Assembly (NCBI GenBank): GCA_964455705.1
Contig: CAYVYM010000009.1
Span: forward strand, 20,846-84,845
Direction of reading: 5' to 3'
Length of the DNA stretch: 64,000 nucleotides
Source: an uncultured Rikenella sp.
Lineage (GTDB): Bacteria; Bacteroidota; Bacteroidia; Bacteroidales; VadinHA17
Part shown: positions 35,112-44,370 of the stretch, piece after piece
Layout of the letters: every line of letters begins with the position of its first letter
How positions within the stretch are numbered: position 1 is the stretch's first letter
Translations under genes and position numbers: made by a program
The notes under the pieces: generated by a model
The model's input: the letters and a program-made list of their open reading frames with translations, nothing else
What the model was told of the DNA's origin: nothing
Databases searched by the model: none

Positions 35112-35136
35112 GGAGACAGGTCCCTGACCTGTCTCC
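35112..35136 (-). terminator. Candidate terminator hairpin downstream of the 252-aa gene
   Basis: Perfect 10-bp stem GGAGACAGGT / ACCTGTCTCC with a 5-nt loop, ~62 nt after the stop at 35199. The trailing sequence is only weakly T-rich. Confidence 0.45.
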
Positions 35137-35198
35137 GTCAATGATTACAACAAATTTGTAATCAATAAATTGAACTTATTATGAAGCAGAAAACCAAA

Positions 35199-35957
35199 TC
35201 AATTTGAGTTCAGTGAAATTCGCAGATTGCCTGTAGCGCTCTTTGCCCTTATCTTAAATACCCACTTCCCGTTCTTCCATCCGTTGTTCTCACCGGCCTC
35301 AAAATTCTTCCTCCAGTTCAGGCTTCCGTTCTCATCGAGGACTACCTCAGAGAGCTGCTTCCCGTCAGGCATGATGATTGTCACTGTAATTGACCCCTCT
35401 GCACAGTCGCCCGAGACAGACAGATTAACACTGCTCTCATCAGAAGCGCTCATTGTAAACTCATTTGTGAATGTAGCCTCCATGACCTGGCGCGAATAAT
35501 TCCATGACGATCCCGGTTTGCTTGCATGTCCGCTGTTGCTGAATACAAAGTAATCGCCGGGATTGGGAAGCCCGTACCTGAGTATCTTGCCATCGGGCAC
35601 GACCATCACGGGAAGATCCCTGGTAATATCATAGGTGTTCTTACGGATATCATCCATATTTATGTGGAGCCATTCAAACTCCTTCTCCCATTTTGCCGCA
35701 TCACCCTCAATCTCTGCTATTTTCTTTTGGATTTCCATCTCCTTCTTTTTTGCTTCCAGCTCTGCAGCCTTCAGTTTCTGCTGCTCCGCCTCGCTTAAAG
35801 TATTGCCCTTCTTCTGCAATTCAGCCTTCTTCTGAATTTCAGCCTCCTTCTGCTTCTGCTGATCGGCAGATACCTGTGTACCCTGCCCTGATACCGTTGT
35901 TGCTGATAATACCAGTGCCATGGCACAGGTTGCGAATAAATAAACTGTTTTCTTCAT
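35199..35957 (-). CDS. Hypothetical secreted protein with Lys/Glu-rich coiled-coil N-terminal region
   Basis: Signal peptide. Repetitive QKKAELQKK/EAKKKEMEIQKK segment. Beta-rich C-terminal domain. No recognisable family. Confidence 0.5.
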   Translation of the reverse strand: MKKTVYLFATCAMALVLSATTVSGQGTQVSADQQKQKEAEIQKKAELQKKGNTLSEAEQQKLKAAELEAKKKEMEIQKKIAEIEGDAAKWEKEFEWLHINMDDIRKNTYDITRDLPVMVVPDGKILRYGLPNPGDYFVFSNSGHASKPGSSWNYSRQVMEATFTNEFTMSASDESSVNLSVSGDCAEGSITVTIIMPDGKQLSEVVLDENGSLNWRKNFEAGENNGWKNGKWVFKIRAKSATGNLRISLNSN

Positions 35958-36066
35958 GACTGCCCTGTTAATTGTTTTCGATGTAAATTTACATTGCTAA
36001 AAATCATCCTCTGGTTAATGGGAAGTTAATGCAAGGTTAATCCTGTTTTAAATCCGGATCATTATA

Positions 36067-36074
36067 TAATTTTG
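36067..36074 (+). promoter_or_regulatory. Candidate -7 box (TAATTTTG) for the two-component operon
   Basis: Exact TAnnTTTG match, 17 nt upstream of the ATG at 36091. Confidence 0.35.
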
Positions 36075-36090
36075 AATTAAAATCAACTGT

Positions 36091-37440
36091 ATGAAGCGTC
36101 AACTCCTTCTGGTTGTCTCACTTGCAGCCCTGGTACTATTCGTTGCCGTCCAGTCCTGGCTGATCTACAGCATCTGGAGGCAGAAGGAGGAGATCCTGAC
36201 AATGAGGTACAGGGACCTTTCACGCGAAGGTTTATCGTTACTGCTTTCCAAAAAGAAGAACAATGGGTTTGAGAAGGCGATGGATGTGACTGACAAGTTT
36301 GCCTCTTATCTTTTAACTGAGGAACTGAACAAGCGTGAGTTCGCGGATGATTCAGCAGCGATCCGCAGGTTGGCACTGCATGAAATTTATTCAATTTTGT
36401 ATAAAAATGAGATGCTGACCTCCTTCCTCAAATCCTATATAGGACAGACTGGTTTTGACAATGATTTCATGCCTGTGCTGGCAATCGCACAACTTGACCT
36501 GATTTCAGGGCATCAAAGATTTGTACTTGCCGACACTGTTTTTAAAACCAGGAAGAAGAACCTTGTTATCGTTAACACCTTCAAGGAAGAGCATAACAAT
36601 TTCTTCATTGAATACCATTACCTGATAGATCTTACCCACAAGAATGAACTGGTATTCAAGGGTGCCCTCTTCACCTTTGTTCTTATCATAGTCAGTATAG
36701 TGATAGTCTTCCTCGTCTATGGCATAACCTGGAGGAATCTTATGGAGGAGAGGCGCCTCTCTGAGCTGAAGAGCGACTTCATCAACAACATGACCCACGA
36801 GCTCAAGACGCCGTTGTCAACCATCACCGTGGCCGGCAGAACACTTGAGAAGGAGCAGATCATGGGTGACAGGGAGAAGGTACTGGAGACGGCTAAGATG
36901 ATCGGCAAGCAGAGTATACACCTGAACCAGCTCATAAACACCATTCTCGAGGTGAGCTTTCTGGAGAGAACTGAGTTTGAGCTTGACAGGCATATGGTGT
37001 TGGTTGATGAGCTGATGCACCAGATAGTAGTATCTTTCCTTACATCCTGCGACGGGTGTGCTGTGATCAAAGAAGACTACAGGGCCAACGGCTCTTCCGT
37101 ATCGCTTGACCTTGTCTACTTCACAACCATGATAAACAACCTCCTTACCAACGCTGTGAAATACTGCGACCGGGAGCCTGAGATAGATATTACGACAGCC
37201 ATTGACTGCGGAAACCTCGAGATCACCGTTGCCGACAACGGGGTTGGCATCTCACGTGATCACACAGACCACATCTTCGAGAAATTCTACAGGGTACCCC
37301 ACGGCAACATTCACAAAAACAAGGGGCTGGGACTGGGGCTCTATTACGTGAGGCGGATCGCCCGGGCACATGGCGGAGATGTATCTGTTGGCAGCAAAAC
37401 CGGTAAGGGGACCACATTCAGAATCATAATACCAATATGA
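36091..37440 (+). CDS. Sensor histidine kinase (HisKA + HATPase_c)
   Basis: Two TM segments. H-box MTHELKTPLSTI. N-box LLTNAVKY. G-boxes DNGVGI and GLGLGL. Confidence 0.85.
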   Translation: MKRQLLLVVSLAALVLFVAVQSWLIYSIWRQKEEILTMRYRDLSREGLSLLLSKKKNNGFEKAMDVTDKFASYLLTEELNKREFADDSAAIRRLALHEIYSILYKNEMLTSFLKSYIGQTGFDNDFMPVLAIAQLDLISGHQRFVLADTVFKTRKKNLVIVNTFKEEHNNFFIEYHYLIDLTHKNELVFKGALFTFVLIIVSIVIVFLVYGITWRNLMEERRLSELKSDFINNMTHELKTPLSTITVAGRTLEKEQIMGDREKVLETAKMIGKQSIHLNQLINTILEVSFLERTEFELDRHMVLVDELMHQIVVSFLTSCDGCAVIKEDYRANGSSVSLDLVYFTTMINNLLTNAVKYCDREPEIDITTAIDCGNLEITVADNGVGISRDHTDHIFEKFYRVPHGNIHKNKGLGLGLYYVRRIARAHGGDVSVGSKTGKGTTFRIIIPI

Positions 37441-38120
37441 ATAAGACCATGAAAATTCTGCTAGCTGAAGACGACATCGATTTCGGGAACATACTCTCGC
37501 AGTACGTAACCCTCAGCGGATTTGAAGTGACACTTGCCCGTAACGGCCGTGAAGCCTGGGACATGTTCCACGCCTCCCGTCCTGATATATGCGTACTCGA
37601 TGTCATGATGCCCGAGATGGATGGTTTTACACTCGCTGAAAAGATGCGTGCCGGGGAGCCGGGAATACCCTTTATCTTCCTGACGGCCAAGAGCCTCAGG
37701 GAGGACATCATCAAGGGACTGAAGCTGGGGGCAGATGATTACATAACCAAACCTTTCGATCCGGAGATGCTGATGCTGCGCATCAACAACATCCTGCGGA
37801 GGGTCTATTCAGCTGCCGAGGATGAATACACGATCTCCGGAACCACCCTGAAGTATAACTCCCTGGAGCTGATCACCCCTGCGGGTAAGGAGAAGCTCAC
37901 GCTGCGCGAAGCCCAGCTGCTGAGACACCTCATGATGAACCGTAACAAAGCACAGACACGTGAGCAGATCCTAACCGAGATATGGGGACAGGATGATTAT
38001 TTCCTCGGCAGAAGCATGGATGTCTTCATCAGCCGACTGCGAAAGTACCTTGCCGCTGACAATGGTATTGCACTCCGTACCCTTAGAGGCCTGGGGTTTG
38101 TCCTGGAGGAGCTGAACTAA
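37437..38120 (+). CDS. OmpR/PhoB-family response regulator
   Basis: Receiver domain (LLAEDD.., DVMMPEMDG, ..LTAK) plus a winged-helix output (..REQILTEIWG..SMDVFISRLRKYL). ATGA overlap with the kinase gene. Confidence 0.9.
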   Translation: MNKTMKILLAEDDIDFGNILSQYVTLSGFEVTLARNGREAWDMFHASRPDICVLDVMMPEMDGFTLAEKMRAGEPGIPFIFLTAKSLREDIIKGLKLGADDYITKPFDPEMLMLRINNILRRVYSAAEDEYTISGTTLKYNSLELITPAGKEKLTLREAQLLRHLMMNRNKAQTREQILTEIWGQDDYFLGRSMDVFISRLRKYLAADNGIALRTLRGLGFVLEELN

Positions 38121-40951
38121 TCGGTTGTCTCTGCCTCGCGGATAAGGTATTCCGTCAGGTTGACGTCATGACTGAGTTTTAGTTTTGTCCTGAGCCTGTA
38201 ACGGCCTATCTCTACCGCCCGCGTTGAGATATTCGAGAGGTTGGCTATCTCCTTTGTTGTAAAGTTCATCCTCAGATATGAACATAGCCTGAGGTCATTG
38301 GGAGTGAGCGACGGATACTTCTTCTTCATCTTACTGAAGAAGCCTTCCTGTGAAAACTTCAGGTTCTTCATCACATTCTGCCACTCTTCGGTCTGAGTAT
38401 CAAGCCCGTGATCAATGATCTTCTCCATCTCCTTTACAAAACGCGCCGGAAGCTTTGATGAAGACTCCTTGACAGACTCCAGCTTGTCACGCAGTTCTCT
38501 CAGAGTATCTGTTTTTCTGATCAGATATCGCATTGTCAGCATCAGTTCATAACTCTTGTAGTCGAGCTCGCTCTCGAGCCTGTTCTTTCCCACCTCATAC
38601 TCAATCATACGGCGGTGCCTCTCAAGAGCCATCCTGAACAATCTCACCCCGGCCGTAATCAGTCCGGCGACGATAAGAACATACAATACCCATGCCCATC
38701 CGGTCAGCAGAAAAGGCCTCCGGATGACAAAGTGAGCTTCTGCGAAGTCGTTGCCCCCAGCCTCCCTGACCTGCAGATGGTACTCACCATAACGAAGGTT
38801 GAGAAGAGAAAAATTGTCTGTCGCTGTTCGGTACCATTCGTCACCCAACTCTGTTATCCTGTAGTGGTACTCCCGCCCTTCGCGGTCAAAGCCGGAAGGA
38901 TTGGCTATGTGCACTGTGAGATTATTTTCCCTGCTTGAGACGGAAAGGTTTTCGTTTTTCCCTGGAAGGAGTGTCGTGCTTTTGTTGCCCCCGCTGAAGA
39001 TAAGCCGGCTGAAATGCAGAGCAGACCGTGGTAGAGAATCACTGAGTTTTTCGATGTTGTAAATACTGAACGCCTGCCTGGTTGGAATAAGAAGCCTGGC
39101 GGAGTCAAGTGAGATGATCTGCTGTTCCCGCCAGGGCAGGTCGGCATATTCATGAACGAACTCCAGCACCTTTACTGCCTGCAGGTCACGCGAGATATTG
39201 AAGAGGGCAATTCTGTTGTCAAGCACAAACCAGTAGCTGTTTCCGTGGTAGCCTATTATCTGCGTTGCACCGACAAACTCACCAAGACCCTGCTCAAGTG
39301 ATGTAACAGGGAAAAAGTCCCTCTTCTCATAATCGAATGCAAAGATATGATCTGATGCCATGAAGACAACCTGGTTGTTCAGGCTTGACATGGATAGAAT
39401 TTTTGAGCTGTCTGCCAGTAAGCTGAAGTAAAGTGAACTGACGATTGAGTCAGCCTGTTCATTGAGTTCCAGGCGGTAGATCCCTTTCTGCGGATGAACT
39501 GCCCAGATGAAGCCCAGGTAATCGATCTCAAGGAACCTGGTTGGTTCTATATAACCTTCAATCCGGTTCCTGTAAACCCACTTTCCTGATGCATCCTTCG
39601 CGAAAGAGACGATACCTGTGTAGGTGCCCTCAAGCAGGAGGTCACCGTAAGGCTTGAATGACCACCCTCCGGTCACGTCAGAAATTTTTTCCGCCCTGCC
39701 GCCATCAATAACAAAGGTTCCGTCATTATGGCCGCACAGGATCTGGCCGTCATATTGGACAAGCTTCCAGACCTGGCCCTGGGTATTGGGTATAATCCGG
39801 AGATCAGAGAAACGGTAGTTACCGTCTTCAGGAGAGATATCTGCAGCAAACAAACCGTGATTGGTTCCAAGGTATAGATGGTCATGATCCCTTATTGCAG
39901 TATAAATGGTTCCGAGGGCACCGCTTGAATTTGCATAGTAGGTCACGTGAGAAGAGGTCAGGATATAATTTGCCCCGTCATCAAGGCCCGCCCAGATACC
40001 ACCCGAATCATCGAGGTACAGTGAGAGTACAGTGTTGTTTTTAAGGCCGTTGGAATAATCAAAGGTTTCAAGTATCCGGCCTGACCTGTCACAGATAGCA
40101 ACGCCTTTCAGAATTGTCCCGAACACTATCATGTTATCATTTACAGCCAGGCCGGCGTTGCAGATAGCCTCTTTCAGATAGAGTGATATCTCCGTATTAA
40201 GAGGGGAGAAATTACTTCCGTCAAATGCAAAGATGCCGTCATTGGCGGTGCAAATCCACTGATCGTCCGGACCAAAATCAATCAGGGCATGAACCTTCAG
40301 TGATCCGAACGGTTCACTGCCCTCAATGAAGGTGAAATGGGAACCGTCAAACCATAAAAGCCCATGCCCGAGGGCCTGTGCCATAAACCGCTCACCCACC
40401 CTGAAAAAGAAGAGCATGAAGGAAGGCGTTTCAATCTTGCGGACAACATTATAATCAAATATATAGACAGCTGTAAACGACTGAAAATAAATGTTATGAT
40501 CAAGCTCATAGATATTCCATATCTCATCATTTTTTGATATTCCCGCCCCCTCTGCCAGGGATTCGTAGGAGAGTCTGCCTGACATTCCCTTACTCCAGAT
40601 GCCGAAGTCCTCAAAGGAGCCCGTAAAAATCAACCCGTCATTGTTGACATATACTGACCGTACCCCCTGCCTGCTGGGGACGGTATATGTTCTGGCGGTA
40701 ATGCCGTTATATTCTATGAGACCGGCAGAGTTGGCAAAATAGACATACCCACTGACAGGATCCCTTGAGATTTCCCAATTCTGACTTATTACTGGTATGT
40801 TTCCAGGGATGAATTTATGGATCTCATTCCGCTGTCCGTCGTTCTGACCCGGAGCAACCGGTGAAATTGTCAACACCCAGATCAATAAGAACAGTGATCT
40901 GGTGTTTTCAAATCCTTGTTTAACTGACTTTAGACCGGACAAATACATCAC
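38117..40951 (-). CDS. Transmembrane one-component regulator: periplasmic two-component-regulator-propeller repeats + Y_Y_Y domain, TM helix, cytoplasmic LuxR/GerE-type HTH
   Basis: N-terminal signal/anchor and a long beta-propeller-like region. Y_Y_Y-type segment (YHYRITELGDEWYRT...YGEYHLQVREAG). TM helix (WAWVLYVLIVAGLITAGV). C-terminal LTPNDLRLCSYLRMNFTTKEIANLSNISTRAVEIGRYRLRTKL. No HisKA, HATPase or REC motifs. Confidence 0.8.
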   Translation of the reverse strand: MMYLSGLKSVKQGFENTRSLFLLIWVLTISPVAPGQNDGQRNEIHKFIPGNIPVISQNWEISRDPVSGYVYFANSAGLIEYNGITARTYTVPSRQGVRSVYVNNDGLIFTGSFEDFGIWSKGMSGRLSYESLAEGAGISKNDEIWNIYELDHNIYFQSFTAVYIFDYNVVRKIETPSFMLFFFRVGERFMAQALGHGLLWFDGSHFTFIEGSEPFGSLKVHALIDFGPDDQWICTANDGIFAFDGSNFSPLNTEISLYLKEAICNAGLAVNDNMIVFGTILKGVAICDRSGRILETFDYSNGLKNNTVLSLYLDDSGGIWAGLDDGANYILTSSHVTYYANSSGALGTIYTAIRDHDHLYLGTNHGLFAADISPEDGNYRFSDLRIIPNTQGQVWKLVQYDGQILCGHNDGTFVIDGGRAEKISDVTGGWSFKPYGDLLLEGTYTGIVSFAKDASGKWVYRNRIEGYIEPTRFLEIDYLGFIWAVHPQKGIYRLELNEQADSIVSSLYFSLLADSSKILSMSSLNNQVVFMASDHIFAFDYEKRDFFPVTSLEQGLGEFVGATQIIGYHGNSYWFVLDNRIALFNISRDLQAVKVLEFVHEYADLPWREQQIISLDSARLLIPTRQAFSIYNIEKLSDSLPRSALHFSRLIFSGGNKSTTLLPGKNENLSVSSRENNLTVHIANPSGFDREGREYHYRITELGDEWYRTATDNFSLLNLRYGEYHLQVREAGGNDFAEAHFVIRRPFLLTGWAWVLYVLIVAGLITAGVRLFRMALERHRRMIEYEVGKNRLESELDYKSYELMLTMRYLIRKTDTLRELRDKLESVKESSSKLPARFVKEMEKIIDHGLDTQTEEWQNVMKNLKFSQEGFFSKMKKKYPSLTPNDLRLCSYLRMNFTTKEIANLSNISTRAVEIGRYRLRTKLKLSHDVNLTEYLIREAETTD

Positions 40952-41025
40952 CTCCTGATACCGACAGTAAATATATTAAAAAGCCGGATTCCGGAGAAAG
41001 ATTAAGGAACAGTTTGACACATGCC

Positions 41026-44000
41026 TTAAAGGTAAATGTCAACCCTGTTATCCTTTCTGTCTAGCATTGCTGAAAAGAGGGAAGCCGGAATAACGGCTCC
41101 TCCCCGTCGATAGGGATTTTCTTCGGTTGAGGGAACCGCTTCCCTGCCGTTGATGCTGATTCTCTCCGGTCCGGAGGTATTTACTCTGACTTCAAATCTG
41201 AATGAGACCCGACGACTCATGAAATTCATGGAGACCGTCAGTCCGTCGAGTGAATATGGCATTACCGGATCAATTATCACATTCCCCCATTCAATTCTCA
41301 GGCCCAGGAGACGGGTTACGATGATGCTTATGTATATACCCGGCCCGCTTGAATAAACCCGCCACCCCCCCCTGAGGGTTACAGCTCCGGTCATTATCTC
41401 AGAGTACAGTCTGTCAGCCTCATAGCGGTTCATGAAGATTACATCCGAGCTGCTGTAATATGTATTTGATTGTCTGATATCACCGCAGGGGACTGCCTCC
41501 CTGTAGCCCACAGGAATTGCCTTGCGCAGGGCTTTAATAAACGCATCAGCCTGCCCTGTGCGGGCAAGAGCCTCTGCATAACGGATATGTTCATGCACAT
41601 ACATGAGTCCGATCTCGCGTCCGAAGAATGTACTGCTCTCTGCTCTCTGAAAAAGTGTCTGAATGCCGCCGCTGTACTTCAGCGGCCGGTCCATCAGGCG
41701 GGCACCATCAGGACCGGTGAGGTGCTCTTCAATAAGTGACTGGTGCCTCCGTGCCTGCTCTGCAGTGAAAATCCCGCTCAGAATGCCCCTGTTCATCGGC
41801 AGGATGCTGTACTTAATCCCCGTTCTCTCATCCGTCGGGTGAAGCAGCAGGCTGAATTTCCTGTTATCCTCTGCAAGCACGTATCCGGCAACCACTCCGT
41901 TTTTAATAAGATATATGTTAAAATCTGATTTTATGCTCTCACACAGGGTATTAAACTCACTTGTTTTGACAGCATCACCCATCATCAGGCACACTTCAGC
42001 GTATTCTCTGAAAGCCTGGTAATTCATCTCCACCGTCCAGCTTGATATCATTCTCCTGGCAAGGTCCTTATTGACCGGTTGGAGAGAGTCATTCCAGTCT
42101 CCTCCGCCATACCGTACAAGGAAAGTGCCAGGAAAAAACGAGGAAGTTACCTTTTTAACCAACCGGTTAATATGCTCTCCGAGTGATTTTTCAACAGGAT
42201 GCGATGTTTTACGCTTGTTACGGAATGGGAGTTTTTCATGTAAGAAATCAAAATCACCTGTAACCCTTATGTAATAGCATAACGCCATAAGGCACCAGTA
42301 GACAATGTCTCCGTGAGCACTGTTTGCCCTTATCTCCCGGTAGCTGTCGAACATCCACCACTGAGGCCACCCACCGTCCCGATCCTGGTTTGAGAAAATA
42401 ATACGCAGTACCTGCTTTGCCTCAGCATACTTTTGCATTGCCAAAAGGAGTTCAACAGGGCCCTGTGCGACATCGCGCGTTCCCCATGCCGCCCCGCTGA
42501 ACTGTTCCAGTCCGTAAGGTGTGAGATAATGGATAAGGGCATTCATGCCATACCAGGGCAGGATCTCCCGGATGGCAGCAATGTCTGCCTGCTTTCCATG
42601 CAGTGACAGCCCCTGGCTGAGATCAATCCACCTGGCCCGGGCATCAAGGGAGTCGGCCATCCATTGTGTTTCCGCGTCATCAAAGTCAACTGTCTCTTCT
42701 GCACCGCAAACCTCACCAATTATGCTTATGCGAAGGCTGGCAGTCTCTGTTACATCGAGTATAAAAAGATTGTCTCCCAGGCTATCACTACCGCTGCCGG
42801 CTAACTCATCACCGCCAGCCCGGTATCCGGTCCCTGTTGTCCGGACCGTTATCCGGAAGCGGGCTCCCGGAAACCTTTTTGCAATCGTGCTTTCCGGATC
42901 AGGTACGGCAATATGGCTACCTTCTGTATTGTCAGGAATCACCTTCCAGCCGTTGAGGTCATCAAAATCATGCGTGACCATCAGCCTTACCGCTTCACCG
43001 CTCACTACCCTGAAGTCCATGTGCACCCGGGGTGATCTCATGGAGGTCCAGGTTCGTACCTGAACACAATGGTCGTCGAATCTGTAAATCCACCGGCAGC
43101 TGTTGAGCCCTGTCTCAAATGCTGAAGGAACGCCAAGAAGTCTGAATTTGCCGTCGACTTCAATGAAGATCCGTTGTCCGGTCTCAGGTGAAAGGTTAAA
43201 CTGGCTGTTGCAGACAGAGAGGAGTGTGTTGAAGTTGGTGTTGCCCTGGGTGAGATGCGAGTTGAATACTCCAAATGCAAATGCCGTCGTTGACATTATC
43301 CTCTCATCAGGTGTAATACCTGCTGCAGCCTGCATGATGTGGCCGTGCGGCCGGTCAATCAGGCTCTCCTTTTCACGCAGCATGATGTGATTGTTATCGC
43401 CGCTGAAAAATGAGATCAGTTTGCCCTCATTGTGTTCAGGGTGCCTTCTCTCACTTCCGAAAAATCTTTCAAGATCTGCCTCATTCAGCTCCTCGGCCTG
43501 CAGGAAATCAGGGCTATTGAATTTATTGGTTGCCGGTTTTTTCCAGGCACCTTTAGCCTCCGTCACTTGCTGACGGGCAAATTCACGCAAGAGGCCGGGA
43601 AGCCTTTTAAGGTCAGACAGGGAGGTGGCGGGGCGATGGTTGCGCATAAATTTTGCCACAAAGGCGCTCCTGTGTCTCGCTCCGGCAGGCAGCTCAAACG
43701 ACGCCTCCTGGAGAGCTACAACAGAAGATTCCCCGGCATATTCCCCTCCCAGCCTGTCTGATACAACTCCTGCCGGGATACCTGTCTGGCGGTATGCCCG
43801 GCCGTAAAACTGCATTCCGTCGGTGCTTGCAGCGATGGCGCCGTTAACGCATGCGATCATTAGCCATGGATTTCCGCCAGCCTCCTTCATATTCTGACGG
43901 CAGCATACGACTGAACCGTAAACAGGGTCTTCAAGTATCCTCCGCTCCAAGTACTGGCTAATATAATATTCATTTACCGGTTCGGATACAACAACTTTCA

Positions 44001-44370
44001 GGCCTACGTCCTGAACATATATCAGATCAAGCATCTGGCCTTCTCCTGAGTTATTAAGGATATCCACGCTCCACTGCCAGCTCAGGCTTTTTTCTGACAA
44101 GTGAAGCAGACATTCATATTTCAGCCCATCCCAGCTGCCGGCGACCCTGGAGTGATTTTTCCCGGCACGAAACCTTGTGTCACTGCCCGGACCCGTCAGG
44201 GGTCTGTACTCAATCAGTCCGCCTCTCTTCCTCAGCCAGATATTTGCGGAGGCTCCTGAATATATCGAAGATGTACGGAGGCTTATCTTTACATGATCAG
44301 CATCAATTGCACTTATCAGACCGTTTTTCAGAAAGCCGGCAGACAGCCCGAGGGAGTTACTTATTTTCAT
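41026..44370 (-). CDS. Large cytoplasmic GH94-like (clan GH-Q) glycoside phosphorylase candidate
   Basis: 1114 aa with no signal peptide. Motif ..VRYGGGDWNDSLQP.. resembles the catalytic-Asp DWND motif of GH94 phosphorylases. ..LRGGWRVYSSGPGIY.. resembles the conserved (alpha/alpha)6-barrel C-terminal motif. Family not verified by any search. Confidence 0.55.
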   Translation of the reverse strand: MKISNSLGLSAGFLKNGLISAIDADHVKISLRTSSIYSGASANIWLRKRGGLIEYRPLTGPGSDTRFRAGKNHSRVAGSWDGLKYECLLHLSEKSLSWQWSVDILNNSGEGQMLDLIYVQDVGLKVVVSEPVNEYYISQYLERRILEDPVYGSVVCCRQNMKEAGGNPWLMIACVNGAIAASTDGMQFYGRAYRQTGIPAGVVSDRLGGEYAGESSVVALQEASFELPAGARHRSAFVAKFMRNHRPATSLSDLKRLPGLLREFARQQVTEAKGAWKKPATNKFNSPDFLQAEELNEADLERFFGSERRHPEHNEGKLISFFSGDNNHIMLREKESLIDRPHGHIMQAAAGITPDERIMSTTAFAFGVFNSHLTQGNTNFNTLLSVCNSQFNLSPETGQRIFIEVDGKFRLLGVPSAFETGLNSCRWIYRFDDHCVQVRTWTSMRSPRVHMDFRVVSGEAVRLMVTHDFDDLNGWKVIPDNTEGSHIAVPDPESTIAKRFPGARFRITVRTTGTGYRAGGDELAGSGSDSLGDNLFILDVTETASLRISIIGEVCGAEETVDFDDAETQWMADSLDARARWIDLSQGLSLHGKQADIAAIREILPWYGMNALIHYLTPYGLEQFSGAAWGTRDVAQGPVELLLAMQKYAEAKQVLRIIFSNQDRDGGWPQWWMFDSYREIRANSAHGDIVYWCLMALCYYIRVTGDFDFLHEKLPFRNKRKTSHPVEKSLGEHINRLVKKVTSSFFPGTFLVRYGGGDWNDSLQPVNKDLARRMISSWTVEMNYQAFREYAEVCLMMGDAVKTSEFNTLCESIKSDFNIYLIKNGVVAGYVLAEDNRKFSLLLHPTDERTGIKYSILPMNRGILSGIFTAEQARRHQSLIEEHLTGPDGARLMDRPLKYSGGIQTLFQRAESSTFFGREIGLMYVHEHIRYAEALARTGQADAFIKALRKAIPVGYREAVPCGDIRQSNTYYSSSDVIFMNRYEADRLYSEIMTGAVTLRGGWRVYSSGPGIYISIIVTRLLGLRIEWGNVIIDPVMPYSLDGLTVSMNFMSRRVSFRFEVRVNTSGPERISINGREAVPSTEENPYRRGGAVIPASLFSAMLDRKDNRVDIYL

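Noticed and set aside
36091-38120. Histidine kinase / OmpR-type regulator pair as the regulator of the adjacent PUL.
   Set aside because: The pair is on the opposite strand and convergent with the PUL's own propeller/YYY/LuxR regulator. The kinase has only a small periplasmic loop with no glycan-sensor features. Nothing in the sequence links it to the PUL.
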